Assembly (NCBI GenBank): GCA_951406725.2
Contig: OX597816.1
Location: forward strand, 105,772,001-105,836,000
Source of the DNA: Octopus vulgaris
Taxonomy: Eukaryota
Length of the DNA stretch: 64,000 bases
Direction of reading: 5' to 3'
A model generated the notes under the pieces. It saw only the letters and a list, made by a program, of their open reading frames with translations, ran no database searches and was not told the origin of the DNA. This document shows positions 25,206 through 37,990 of this stretch, one piece after another; the stretch's first letter is position 1, and each line of letters starts with the position of its first letter. The translations under genes and the position numbers were made by a program.

Positions 25206-26266
25206 CATACAGCTTTACCATTTTTTCCAAATATTGTGTTCTCTGTACATTACAGAATATTTTGATTTTTATCTTGAGTTTATCCCTCTATTGTATGTAG
25301 CATCCCAAAAAATGTTTTTCTAAATATACATTTTATTTGTGAGATGGTAATTTTCTGTATAGTTTCATCATTGATGTCTTTATTGACAAGTAATTGCCAG
25401 GAAATATAAGAGATGTTTAAGTGGCAAACACTCAAACTGACATCTACTAGTAAAAAGAGTAAAAGATGTCACTGTGTCACTAACTTCTGCACTTGAGCGC
25501 ACATGATGATTACACACAAGGAGCCTGAGAAGAGACTGACTAGTTTCAGCTAGTTATATCCACCTCATCAGATATGTGCAGTTATGTTTGACCTCCAAAG
25601 GGAGGAAACAGCTTAAGGCTTACTTATAAAATATGCAATGAGTAACAGGCTCCAATTTTATCATCTGCACATTAGTGCATTCACTGATTAAAAAAAAAAA
25701 AGGATAAAGACCCTTCCTAAGTCATACTGACGCATAGGGCTAGTTTCCTGGTATCCATGGTGCATATAAACCCTTCTAGACAGGATGCTAGTCTGTCACA
25801 GTATTCTTTTACACATTTCAGTCATTTGACTGTGGCAATGCTGGAGCACCACCTTTAGTTGAGCAAATTGACCCCAGGACTTATTCTTTGTAAGCCTAGT
25901 ACTTATTCTATAGGTCTCTTTTGCCGAACCGCTAAGTTATGGAGGATGTAAACATACCAACATCGGTTGCCAAGCAATGTTGGGGGGACAAACACAGACA
26001 CACAAACATATACACACATGTACATATATATACATAGATATAGATATATATATACATACATATATATATATATATATACATATTTGAGTAGTAGAATGAA
26101 TTATCTTGTTATGGATAATTCGGTTAACCAATACCTGGGTAGCAAATTCACATCAGAGAAGACATGTTTGAAGTTACGTGCTTTCATGTGGAAATTTGTA
26201 TGTTTTTTTTTAAATATAAATATATGAAAGAATGGAGTTGAACGACGAATTAACAAAATTTCTTTA

Positions 26267-26349
26267 TTTTCGACATATGTTTTGAAGGCTGCATATTCCT
26301 AATTGCGAAGGAATAAGGAGTATATTATGCCGCTTTCTCATCAGGAAAA
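26267..26349 (-). ncRNA. Type I hammerhead ribozyme motif, left arm (G12 mutated)
   Basis: ttttc CTGATGA gaaagcggcata...tatgcagccttc AAAA catatGTC gaaaa: GUC site kept, GAAA changed to AAAA. Confidence 0.75.
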
Positions 26350-26487
26350 GCAAGGAACTTATGTCAACATCAAGATGCACAAAAACTTTTAGATGACTGC
26401 TCACACAGAGCCCATAGCGCTATGGGTCCGTGTGAGCAGTCATCTAAAAGTTTTTGGTGCATCTTGATGTTGACATAAGTTCCTTGC

Positions 26488-26570
26488 TTTTCCTGATGAG
26501 AAAGCGGCATAATATACTCCTTATTCCTTCGCAATTAGGAATATGCAGCCTTCGAAACATATGTTGAAAA
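26488..26570 (+). ncRNA. Type I hammerhead ribozyme motif, right arm (core intact)
   Basis: Stem I ttttc/gaaaa, CTGATGA at 26493-26499, 12-bp stem II with two mismatches, GAAA at 26554-26557, palindromic stem III ACATATGT, GUU cleavage triplet. Confidence 0.82.
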
Positions 26571-26620
26571 TAAAGGAATTTTGTTAATTCGTCGTTCAAC
26601 TCCATTCTGTCATATATATA

Positions 26621-26660
<40 letters not shown>

Positions 26661-27549
26661 TACAACAGGCTTCTTTCAGTTTCTGTCTACCAAATGCACT
26701 CACAAGGCTTTGGTCAACCCAAGGCTATAGTAGAAGACACTTTCCCAAGGTGCCATGCAGTGGGACTGAACTCAGAACCATGTGGTTGGTAAGCAAGCTA
26801 CTTACCACACAGCCATTCCAATGCCTATTATTCATTCTTTCCAGCTGAGGGGACAGGAGCAACATGAAATGAAGTGTTTTGCTCAAGAACACAATCCATC
26901 ACCCAGTCCAGGAATCAAAATCATAATCTTACAATCATGAGTCCAACACCCTAACCACTAAGCCATGCACCTCAATACATTCACTGAGAATGTGTATTAA
27001 TGACCAAAGTAAAATACTGAGACAGTGGTGAGTGGATAACTATAAGTGAATGCATATACATAAGCTGAATAAACATACATTCAGCTTAGCTGTCTAAATA
27101 GACCTTGTGGTTAAACCACAGACAAGCTCAAGTAGTTCCTGACTTGCAAGAAATATCCATTCAAGTTCCCTATTCAGAAAAGGCAAGAAAGCAATACATT
27201 GCGAAAAAATGCAGCAAGTAACAGACATTAATTTTATTTATTTGTATGTCACTGCATTCACTAACAGCTTTCCAATGACATGGTTCTGAATTCAGTCCAA
27301 CTGTGTGGCACAGTTACAGCTGCTTTGAAACGGTGTGACAGTTTCAAAACAATTTCCCCAGCTTCTATAAGCAATCATTAAGCAACAGGCCATTTTAATG
27401 AGTTGGCAGAAAAACCAACCCTTTCACAATACAAGATATCAACACTATCTCTTGAGAATGTATCAAAATATGTGTAAACTTGTATTGGAATATCAATACC
27501 TAACTATATACTATTACTGTTGTCCTGAAAGAATACTTAGGAGATATTT

Positions 27550-29320
27550 GCAAAGTTTGTAACAATGAAATAGCCTATCACAAGCAACCCCAATAAAGAC
27601 TCTTAAGCAAGACTTAATGAATTTAGACCAAAGAAGGGGGTAAATAAATGTCATTGTAGTAGAGCGTAAGGCTAGTGATAGGTTCACAACACATTAACAA
27701 CAACTGAAAAAACTATTGAAAATATACAGAAATTTTACTCCAAATCCTTTGCTATTAGAAAAAATGTGTTACAGCAGACCAGGATAAAACCACAAGTTTG
27801 TTTTTAACCCAGAAGCTGTGTACAGAAAGATGTGGAGAAAAATATCATTGTAAAAAGGGCCCCTTCCCAAGAAGATCTTAACTCATTCTGGTCAAAGATC
27901 TGGAGTGAGAGTAAGTACTGTAATTGAAATACAACATGGCTAGATATAATAACCCAAGAATACTGTACTGATGCCAGCAGTAAAACTTATATAAATACCT
28001 ACAAAAGTTTCACCAATGATGTAGGAAAGCTACTCAATGTAGAGTTACAAGATGTTGATTTTTCATAAAATCTTACTTATAACCATGTTTTTAAAAAAAG
28101 CTATGGAAGGCCAAATAGACATAATGAACTTAGCTTACCATAGCACAAGCAAACCTAGTGGCCAAGAACAAAACCATTACTTTGGCCCATAGCCTGCCTT
28201 AACATTATGCACAAATTGTATACCTGCCTGAACCAATTCCTCCAAGCTCATTGCAATTCTAGTAATATAACCACCGGTGAACAGACTGATAGAAAGAAAG
28301 GAGTGTGGAATGTACTGAACAATTTTTGGTAAATAAAGTTGTACTTTCTTAAGTAAGAAAGTATATCAGGAACCTTGTAACAGTGGCTTGATTACAGAAT
28401 GGTATTTGATTCCATTCACCACTCATAGTTACTGAAATCACTACCTTAGTTGCTGCTATCAAAAAGCTCATGAAGACCTTATCCACAATCTTCATATTTG
28501 TAACTGAAAGTAGAACAATTATCTCTGATGTTATTAATATTTCAACAGGAATATTCCAAGGTGACAGTCCAGCTGTACTTCTGTTTATTTTGGCTCTGAA
28601 TCCACAGTAATTTCTTCTACAAAAATCCACTGGCTATGTCTTAGGTTCTGCAACTGCAAGACACACTAATATGAGCTAAAAAATTTTCTTGGATGATCTA
28701 AAGATCTATGCATGAGATACTTACAAAACCTAGGAATTAGGAGCTTAATTACATTTTCTACTGAAATAGGAGTAGGTCCAACCAAAGTGTGTGGGGATGG
28801 GGGTGGGGGGAGACTGCTGCCCAAATCCTAAATCTTTAAGTCATTGGTTTATCACATCTGTTCTATGAAACAAATATAACAAATACTTAGGTATTCAAAT
28901 ACTTAGGCAAAGTAAACATATACCTAGGTGAAAATATACCCAGGTACTATTAACAAGGATAGAGTAACAAAAGAATGCAGGAAATACTAGAACAACAAAA
29001 GGATACTTGTTTCTCTTAGAACATGACAATATACCACAATGCAGTTGTAGTACCTGTACTGATACCAACATTTGGAACACTCAGCTGGTTTATAGAGGAA
29101 AGTCACTTTATAGACATAAAAACCTTGATATTGACTGCAAATTTCCACAAAAACTGTAACACTGAAAGTCTCTATCTCAGACGAAAAGAGGAAGAAGAAG
29201 GCTTAAAATCAGTATGGAAGAAAGCCTTTGAGTGCTGCATAATATCACTCAGACAGCATCTGCTAAACAATAGCAGCAAAAATAAATACCTCACACAAGT
29301 GCTGAATAACATCCTTAGAA
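27550..29320 (+). pseudogene. R4/Dong-like LINE reverse transcriptase remnant
   Basis: PSQEDLNSFWSKIWS, PIACLNIMHKLYT, GIFQGDSPAVLLFILALNP, FLDDLKIYA, KYLGI, AVVVPVLIPTFGTLSW and LYLRRK..GLKS occur in order; heavily frameshifted. Confidence 0.85.
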
Positions 29321-29454
29321 AAAAAAATGACTTACTGGTGACCTCCCCTATGAACCTTGACATATGCACCTCATAACAGTATGCAAAATGCTAACATAAA
29401 CATGATAATGGTGATGATGATGATGATGATGATGCTGTAGGTATGTATGCATAA

Positions 29455-29510
<56 letters not shown>

Positions 29511-30144
29511 CCTCTTTCTTTATCTATCTTTCTATATATGCATATGTATCTATCCATATATTATATTTATATACATCTATTTTTACTTATATATCCATAT
29601 ATGTATATATATGTTTGTGAGAGAGAGAAAGGGAGAGAAAGAGAAAAAAAGAGACAGTGTGTGGGTGCACAAATGCACCTAAAAATGTATATATGGTATA
29701 ATATGACTTTACTTTTGAAATTTTAATGATCGTTATGTATCTGTATTAACAATTGTATGATCATGAGTTTTAAGATACTGAATGTATATGGTCTTTTGAT
29801 GTATTAGACATTAATGTTACATCATTTTTAAATGGGTATAATATAAATTTCTATGTGAAATTGTAAGTATTCATGTAGTTTTGACCATCGTATGTGAATA
29901 TGCATGGTATACACATTATAATTGGTGTATTTGTAAAAATTATCTTACCATTTCATACACACATATAGACTTATATATTCCAAAAATGTGTCTGTATGTA
30001 CATGTATGTGTATGAATGCATACACTAGTATGTTTAATATTTAATATGATGTGTATGAGAATATATTTGAAGTAGTTTTTATCAATATGGTACTATTTAT
30101 AACCATTCAGCTTGCATTGCTCCTATTTTTATTATGGTTTATAC

Positions 30145-30300
30145 TAGTTATAGGGAAACTGCAGCCCACAGAACTTTCCTTTTGGAATAACCTATCTATA
30201 CAAAAAATTACCCTGAAATATTTTTAGCAGTGAGGCTTGTCTGATGATGAGGTATGTCTTATGTAGCCTGCTTCTTGAAAAAGATTGCCTATGTCTTGTT
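30145..30300. mobile_element. Decayed hAT-type MITE
   Basis: Ends atagggaaactgcagccc and aaaaagattgcctatg resemble Charlie-type termini. Confidence 0.4.
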
Positions 30301-32649
30301 TATACAATAAACTTTAAAAAATCAAATGAAGTGCTGTTTTCACTTTTCCCCTATTTCTGATTATTTTTATTCTAAGTCCCATCCCCACCTCTCTCCAAGT
30401 CTTTCAATTTAAATACAACTTCTTCCAAGATTTGTTTCCTGTTGATCACTGTCCATTAGTAGTGATAAATACAAGCCAACAAGTGAACTCATTATGCTAA
30501 GAAAGCTTCTACACTCTCACTAAAAATAGATGTGTCTAAATTTTTATGTGCACTTATGAGCATTTGTATGTGTTTTACTACAATGTGAAAATTGACTAAA
30601 CAATAGTTTCTGGAAATCCTTATTCACCATATTTGAATGTAGTCAAAATTCCTCTATAGCTATGTTTTCTCTGCAAGCATCATGCTACAATACTAAAGAA
30701 TATTATCTTGATAGGAGAAAAAAAAAACACAACTGTTGAATATTTATGACATTTAAAAGATTTAATATTGTCCTTTGCATAATCAGAACAATCCACAAAT
30801 AAAATTAAATATTTCTTCTTTCTGACATTTACATTTTCCAAATAAAGTTTCCAATTATTGTTCTTTTACTGGAAAGTAATTTTCTTTTTTTCTTTTCTTT
30901 TTTTTTTTAAGTAGGAATAGAGAAAGCTACACTAGACTATGAAATAAGCAATTTATTGTAATATCTCAGGTAAGCATTCTTAATTGTATACTTTCTAGGG
31001 CCTGTGGAATAAAGCTTGCCATAGCCAAACAGCAAAAGAACATTGCTGTCATCCAGTCCTTTTCTAGGTGTATTCTGGAATGTTTCTTCACCATGTCTCA
31101 TACCATTCCTACAATGGCTCTGTCTTACTACATCCTCCTCTAAATCCATTGCAGACACTCACTGCTTTTATTCTTACCATCTTTACTATGTCTAGGTGTA
31201 CTAAACACCAGTATCAAAATCACACTTCCCTGAACAAGTCAATGAAGAAACTTCAGTGAGGTCATTCAGTCTGCTAGAAATAATAAGCAAATCTCCTACA
31301 AATCACACCGTACTATCTTATAACACCAACATCACTGTAGTGTTACTCTGCAAACCTGATTCCTAAAGAATTCCTTGATACAGTGAAGTTCAAGCTAAAT
31401 ATCAACTAGACTGATTTCTGTAAAGGTTATAGTCATATAACTAAGTAATAATCGTTTCTAGCGTAAGACACAAGATCTAAAAATTAGGGGAGTGTTAATC
31501 GACACCAACAACTACAGTAGTACTTAACTGGTATTTTATTTTCTCAGCCTTAGAGTGAGATGAAAAGCAAGGCTGACCAGAGCAGGATTTGAACTCAGAA
31601 CATGAAAAACCAGAAGGAATTCCACAAGGTATTTTTCCAACATTCTATCAAATAAAAATTTACAAGAATAAAACTGAAAAGTGAATAAAAATAATGTTTA
31701 TATCTTAAATGACTGAAGTTATTCCACATGTTAAAATAATGTTGCATCTTATTACCTAAATTATAGAGTTATTGCAAGCTACTGTATGTATGGCATGTAT
31801 ATGTGTGTTTGTTAGTGTGTATACATGCATACATGTATATGAACATGCATGTGTATGTGATCATGTGTGTGTACATACTTCTGAACATGCATGTGCATGT
31901 GTTTGCATTTGCATATGCTTTTCTCTGCTTATCTTCATGTTGATACCTCTTGTGCACACAATATGTTGCACAGCTGAGTAGGTCAGTATGTGAAGACCTG
32001 TAGAATAAAAGAGCCTTACCAGAAAACAAGGGTCGCATTAGAAAGAGCATCAAACAGTAGAATTCTACCTCAAGTTTCATCAAACTTAGGCCAGCATGGA
32101 AAAAGGATGATGTTAATAATGAGGAGTAGGCGGAAGATATATCTAAAATATATACATCTTTGCTTACATTTTTTTTTTCTGTTGGGTGGTGTACTAAAAC
32201 ATAGGATTGCCTTATACATACTTATAGTTGCTGAGTCTAATATATGTATCTATACATAGTGATCCTAGTCACCACAAAATATGCAGACTGTATACATACA
32301 TTCTTTATTGCACATGAAACTTTTGTTTTATATGGCAGAAATGAGAAAATGTAACTAGCATAATTCATTTCAAAGTAAAATTCAAAAGTGGATCTTGGAT
32401 CTTATTCAAGATAACAATAACCTTGACAATAACAATTTTTATAATGCCAGTAATAATTTCTAATACAAGAATGAAGGTAACTATATTAAGTTAAGGGATT
32501 TATCAACCACAGAAGAAGGAAAGACAATTAAGATTGCAATAAGGTTTGATCTCAGCATGTAGAGGGATGAAACAAAACTCTGTAAAATATTCAGTCTTCT
32601 AATCTTCACTGTGTTACCACTTCAGCTCCTGTTTATAACATATATAGTC

Positions 32650-33650
32650 TAGCAAAAGTCAATCTCATATAAATGTCAACCCCTCCACTCTGTTTTTGGT
32701 AAAATATCTGGAATAAACCTCATATAGTATGTAAAGGTCAACCTGGATTTTCAAAAATAAGAGATCAACATTTGAGTTTAAGGATATATAAAAGTCAAGA
32801 TGAGGAAATAACTTTTTTCCAGTGTTGTTGTTTTCACTTCATAGAATTCACTTCTATATAATTACATTATTCTCAAAGAAGCACATAATTCTATTATTTA
32901 GAAAAATATTACAGCCTTAAAGCAAATCTTCAACTTACCATTTTAAGATGTAAACACTGAATCCTTGGCCAATAGCTACACATCAACATCCATTAATACT
33001 ATGTTATTACACTTAGTTTTGACTTGTACATTTTTCTTCTTTTCTTTTTTTTTGGTATTTAATACTATTGATAATTTTTTTTATCATGGTTTTCTCTTCT
33101 TTGCATGATCTTTCATATTGTACACACTTCACAGTCTTCCTTAATGCAAAGATCAGTCAAGTTTAGTTTTCTTGAAGCACTTGTTGATTTCTGTTACATC
33201 ATACATACTGTTATGGAACTATAATTTCTCTGTCATCTTATGTAAAAAGAAGATGACCTCCAGAAGAAACTGCAAATGTACAGCAGCAATTAAATGAAAG
33301 TTATTGAAACTGCAGAGAAGAAAACTAATTGTGTAGACAGTAAGAAAATTTTGCGTTTTGGAGAAACTTGCAACAGACTGGAGAAAGATATCAAATTAAC
33401 TTAAGAAAATGCAAAATACAAGTGTGTCAATAGAGGTAAACTTAGCAATTGGCCAGAACTGGATAAAGAAATACTGGAAACTGAATCGAAATGTGAAATG
33501 TTTCACTCATGAAGCAATCCAAATTTATGCTTAAAAATAACCAAAGAAGGCTAGAAATTTGGATATTAAAGGAAGTGAACAGTGTACAAGGTTTGTGAGA
33601 AAACATGAGTTAATATTTCAGAAGAAAACTAAATTATACAAAAAGGTGAG
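32650..33650 (+). pseudogene. pogo-family (POGK-like) transposon 5' part
   Basis: From 33250: MTSRRNCKCTAAIK, KVIETAEK, DWRK, NRGKLSNWPELDKEILE and CTRFVRKHELIFQKKTKL (Brinker-like plus CENP-B HTH); decayed taa-gtcaacc subterminal repeats at 32650-32750. Confidence 0.7.
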
Positions 33651-34414
33651 ATAAATTAGATTAACATTTCTCATAGACCTTTCTACTTAATGGCAGAAAT
33701 GAGTGTTGAAAGGGAGGCAGGTAAGCTGAAATTTTAATAAAAACTAAGATGGCTTTAAACATTTGAAACTTGTCCAATACATGGCAAAGAAAGAATTATA
33801 TAGATGCAAACTTATTTGGTATTCTCATTAATAAAGATTCACAATCTTCTAAGAATTGAACAATGTAGTTGGTGCAAAGATTACACTAACATATTTAGAG
33901 GTTTAGTGGTAAGTATGAGCAATGACATTCTCAGATATACTCCAAACATTCATGAAGAGAAGCTAACTCACAATGGCAAACGGTTGTACACATTCATAAA
34001 AGGACTCTATCATTCTGATCAAGACCTCTTTAATTTCAAATTATATTTGAAGCAGAGGATGAGAAAGGAATGTGAGATATAGATGCAAGTGAAGAAACTT
34101 GTATGCATGAAAGGACCAGATATTCAGTTGTATCCAGGAAATTTCATGGAAGAGTACCATACCTGAAATGCAAGGTGATCAGAGTATTTGGGTGCTTGGC
34201 ATCCTCTGTGTCTTATAATTTCCACCTTGTTATAGGTATCTTTGTTTATTCTATATCATTAAAAACACTTTATCTGCTTTTCAAGTTGTATTACATTCCC
34301 GTCCTTCATTTTATAGTATACATACACCTAACACATTCATTTCTGATTATTTTATAACAAAATGCATATGTTTTATATGTATGTGAGGCCAATAAAGAAA
34401 AAATTGTTGTTGTT

Positions 34415-34860
34415 ATTGAGCTAGAAGAATAATTAGTACACCAGGCAAAATGCTTAGCAGTATTTCATCTACTGCAATGTTCTGGGTCCAAATTCAACCA
34501 AGAAAATGCAAAATACAAGTGTGTCAATTAAGTACCAGAGGAGTACTGAGTCAATGTGATCAACTGTCCTCCTCCATACAAAATCCAGGCCTTGTGACTA
34601 TAGCAGAAAGGATTATTATTATTATTATGAATATTATTATTATTATCATTATTATGAAGGCAGTGAGCAAGCAGAATCATTAGCATGCCAGACAAAATGC
34701 TTAGCGGCATTTTATCCGTCTTTATGTTTTGAATTCAATTTCTGTTGAGGTCAACTTTTTCCTTTCATCCTTTTGGGGTACATAAAATAGTACTGGATTC
34801 AATGAGATTGACTAGTACCCTCTCACAAAATTACAGTCTGTGTCTATAGTAAAATGGACT
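34415..34860 (+). mobile_element. Two tandem family C SINEs with (ATT)n tails
   Basis: aaaatgcttagc...ttctgggtccaaattc and aaaatgcttagcggc...cctttcatcc, each followed by attatt tracts. Confidence 0.8.
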
Positions 34861-34892
34861 TTATTATTATTGTTATTATTATCACTGTTATT

Positions 34893-34927
<35 letters not shown>

Positions 34928-36952
34928 TATTAGCAGCAGTAGTAGTACTAGTATTAGTAACAACATTAGTAGCAATAGTATCAACATTATGTTCAGCAAT
35001 ACAACATTATCATCATCATTGCCACTACCACCACTGCCACTACCATAACCCTTACAACCAACACCATAACCATCATTATTATCATTAACTGTTATTTTAG
35101 GTCAAAACTACATCATTATATTCTCTGTAAATGAAATGAAGCAATTGGTTTGGATCCTCAGATGAAATAGCTTTATTTTCTACAGCAGCAGTGTGTGACA
35201 GTCCAAAGCACGTTTCAAATTCCCTATTGAAAATATTTTCTTTGTGTTACCAATGCTCTTGGGAAATGATATGGCCATTCTATATTCATTGTTATAGAAT
35301 TCATAGCTATCATGTTTATATAATACAATACAATTGTAGAGCAGTGGATTAGATATTTTACTAACTAAATTATTGTTTCACTTTTCTGTGCTCAAATCCC
35401 AAAGAGACAGACCTTGACTTCACCCCTCCAGATTCTAGCATAGTCTCCTTCATCAGTATCAATAGTTTTCATGTCAATCTTTTCCAATGTATGTATGAAT
35501 TGGATGGTTCTTCTAAGCTATTCATCTTGTTCCTTTGTTATTCTATCAGTGAAAGTTCAGAAGCCTGAGATGTGAATTGAATACTGTTCACTTATCTGGG
35601 ATATTCCATGTGCCAGCTTGACCTACATAGTCAATGGATTACTGAGTATATTCAGTCATTTTTAAGATGGTAGGCTGAAGTTTGAGGGAGATTTGTCTGG
35701 TATTTAGTTGGTTGAGTACCCATGCAAAAACTTTGCATAGAACATCTGAACCTTGAGGTCTGCGGGTTCCACCTTCTGCTTTATTTGATTAACTTGGTGC
35801 TCAGTCAGAGCTGATATGAGGTTGCACAACAAATAATAGTCTGTGATAACCAGAAACAATCTGTCTACTTGATAGATAAGCTCATACTTATTAAATTTTC
35901 AGCTACTGGATCCTAATTCAACTGTATTTTCTCCCTTCCTTCAATGACCTAAGTCCTAATTTAGGTACAGGTGTGGTATATTTGGAACAGTAGTTCTGTG
36001 ATTGTGCTAGTAAGTTGATTGACTGTCATGTGCTGTAAATCTGCTTAATCGGAGCTTATTTGAAACTATCCAACAATAAGAAACTCATCACATTATCTTT
36101 GAAAGCTTGAGATATCTATGGCACACATCTTTTTATTAAAATAAAAGTTATAAAGAATAAAGATATTAGAGATGAAGCAAGATTAAAAATGAAAATACTA
36201 GAAGTCAGATTCAGAGAACACATTTTATAAGGTCAATAATTGACAAAGGATGCTTTTGTTGATATGAGAACAAAATTTATTGAAAGATTTATTTATATCT
36301 AGACATTGCATATCAACACTGAACAAAAGTTACTGTCCCTTTTTGCAATAATGACAAATATCAAGATTAAAAATAAAACTAAGTAAACTTTTTAAAAAAT
36401 TGCTACAAAAATAGAACATAATTGATTGATTGTCAAAGTTATCTCCTTCAATTCTAATTTCAAATCCTGCCAAGGCTGAGCTTGCCTTCTTATGTTTATT
36501 TACATAAAATAATCACAAGCAGTAAACACAGATCAAAAGATCAATGACAGGAAACTAACTTGATTCTCAATTTTAGCTATATGTTAGATCAATCCACCAA
36601 AGTTTTTTCTTTTTCTTTTACCACTAAAATAGGTGGGGAAAAGCATTAGTTAAAAAAAAAAAGAAAAAGAAAAAATCAAACCCAATGTCTAAGTTCACAT
36701 TTCTTTTGTGGGAAATGTTAGGAACTTTTATAAATGATTGAAGACATACTTCCAAAATGATCAACTTCTGAGGAAAAGAGAATTTATTAACTTGCTACAA
36801 GCTATTTAACTTCAGTGATCTGAAGAGAAAAAATGAATTTGAAGACACATTGATGAAGGTAGTATACAAATTAGAAGAAAAATAAACTAACCAATAGAAA
36901 AATGAATAACTTCACCAACTTAACTAATTATCTGAAAGGTATTTTTTCCCAA

Positions 36953-37092
36953 GGTTGACTTTGCCTTTCATCCTTTCGGGGTCGATTAAATAAGTACCAG
37001 TTACGCACTGGGGTCGATATAATCGACTTAATCCGTTTGTCTGTCCTTGTTTGTCCTCCCTGTGTTTAGCCCCCTGTGGGTAGTAAAGAAAT
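36953..37092 (+). mobile_element. 5'-truncated family C SINE with 16-bp TSD
   Basis: AGGTATTTTTTCCCAA duplicated at 36937-36952 and 37093-37108. Confidence 0.9.
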
Positions 37093-37134
37093 AGGTATTT
37101 TTTCCCAAATGTTCCTTGAGTGTCTGACTTCAAT

Positions 37135-37365
37135 TCAAGAAACAGAAACGTTAGCGCGCCGGGCGAAATGCTCAGCGGTATTTCGTCTGTCGCTACGTTC
37201 TGAGTTCAAATTCCGCCGAGGTTGACTTTGCCTTTCATCCTTTCGGGGTCGATAAATAAAGTACCAGTTTCGCACTGGGGTCGATGTAATCGACTTAATC
37301 CCTTTGTCTGTCCTTGTTTGTCCTCTCTATGTTTAGCCCCTTGTGGGTAGTAAAGAAATATATAT
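37135..37365 (+). mobile_element. Young family C SINE
   Basis: CpG-rich gttagcgcgccgggcgaaatgc...gagttcaaattccgccgaggttgactttgcctttcatcctttcggggtcga. Confidence 0.9.
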
Positions 37366-37524
37366 TCTTCTTCCTCACCCTCCATTTCATTTTCTATCAA
37401 TTTGAATCAATCAGTTAAAACAAAGAAACAGTAATAGTAATACAGAAATTATTAAAGTTTATTGAATTTAATAGAAAATGACAGATTTAGTTTTCATTCT
37501 AAACAAGTAACCTCATGACAAAAA

Positions 37525-37811
37525 TCATGTAAAAAGCACCATTCAAGTGTGGTCGATGCCAGTGCTGGCTGACTGGCTCCTGTGCTGGTGACACATAAAA
37601 AGCACCATTCAAGCATGGTCGATGCCAGTATCGCCTGACAGGTCCTCATGCCAGTGGCACATAAAGAGCACCCACTACATCCAGCTGTAGAAATTTTGCC
37701 AGATCAGATTGAGCCTGGTGCAGCCTTCTGGGTTGCCAACCCTCAGTCAAACCATCCAACCCATGCCAGCATGGAAAGCAGATGTTAAATGACAATGATG
37801 ATGATGATGAT
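37525..37811 (+). mobile_element. RTE LINE 3' UTR fragment with internal repeats and (GAT)n tail
   Basis: Reverse-complement match to 63352-63750. Confidence 0.8.
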
Positions 37812-37887
37812 ACATATATATATATACCTATATATACATATATATAGGCATATATATATATATCTGCATGTATATATACATATATGT

Positions 37888-37934
<47 letters not shown>

Positions 37935-37990
37935 TATATATATACATACACACACACATACATATATATACATACATACATATATACATA

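Larger units (their letters stand above)
26221..26616. mobile_element. Spacerless palindromic (foldback) element with two hammerhead motifs
   Basis: Arms of ~198 bp are reverse complements about the centre CCCATAGC|GCTATGGG (26418/26419), with about five substitutions and two 1-nt indels by eye. Confidence 0.92.
25803..26826 (-). mobile_element. Family B SINE interrupted within its internal (TA)n
   Basis: 25803-26080 and 26617-26826 join into a copy collinear with 771-1163. Confidence 0.85.
25700..26975 (-). mobile_element. Family A-like SINE split by later insertions
   Basis: Head at ~26830-26975 (aagtgttttgctcaagaacac...ctaaccactaagccatgc); presumed 3' part at ~25700-25802. Confidence 0.6.
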
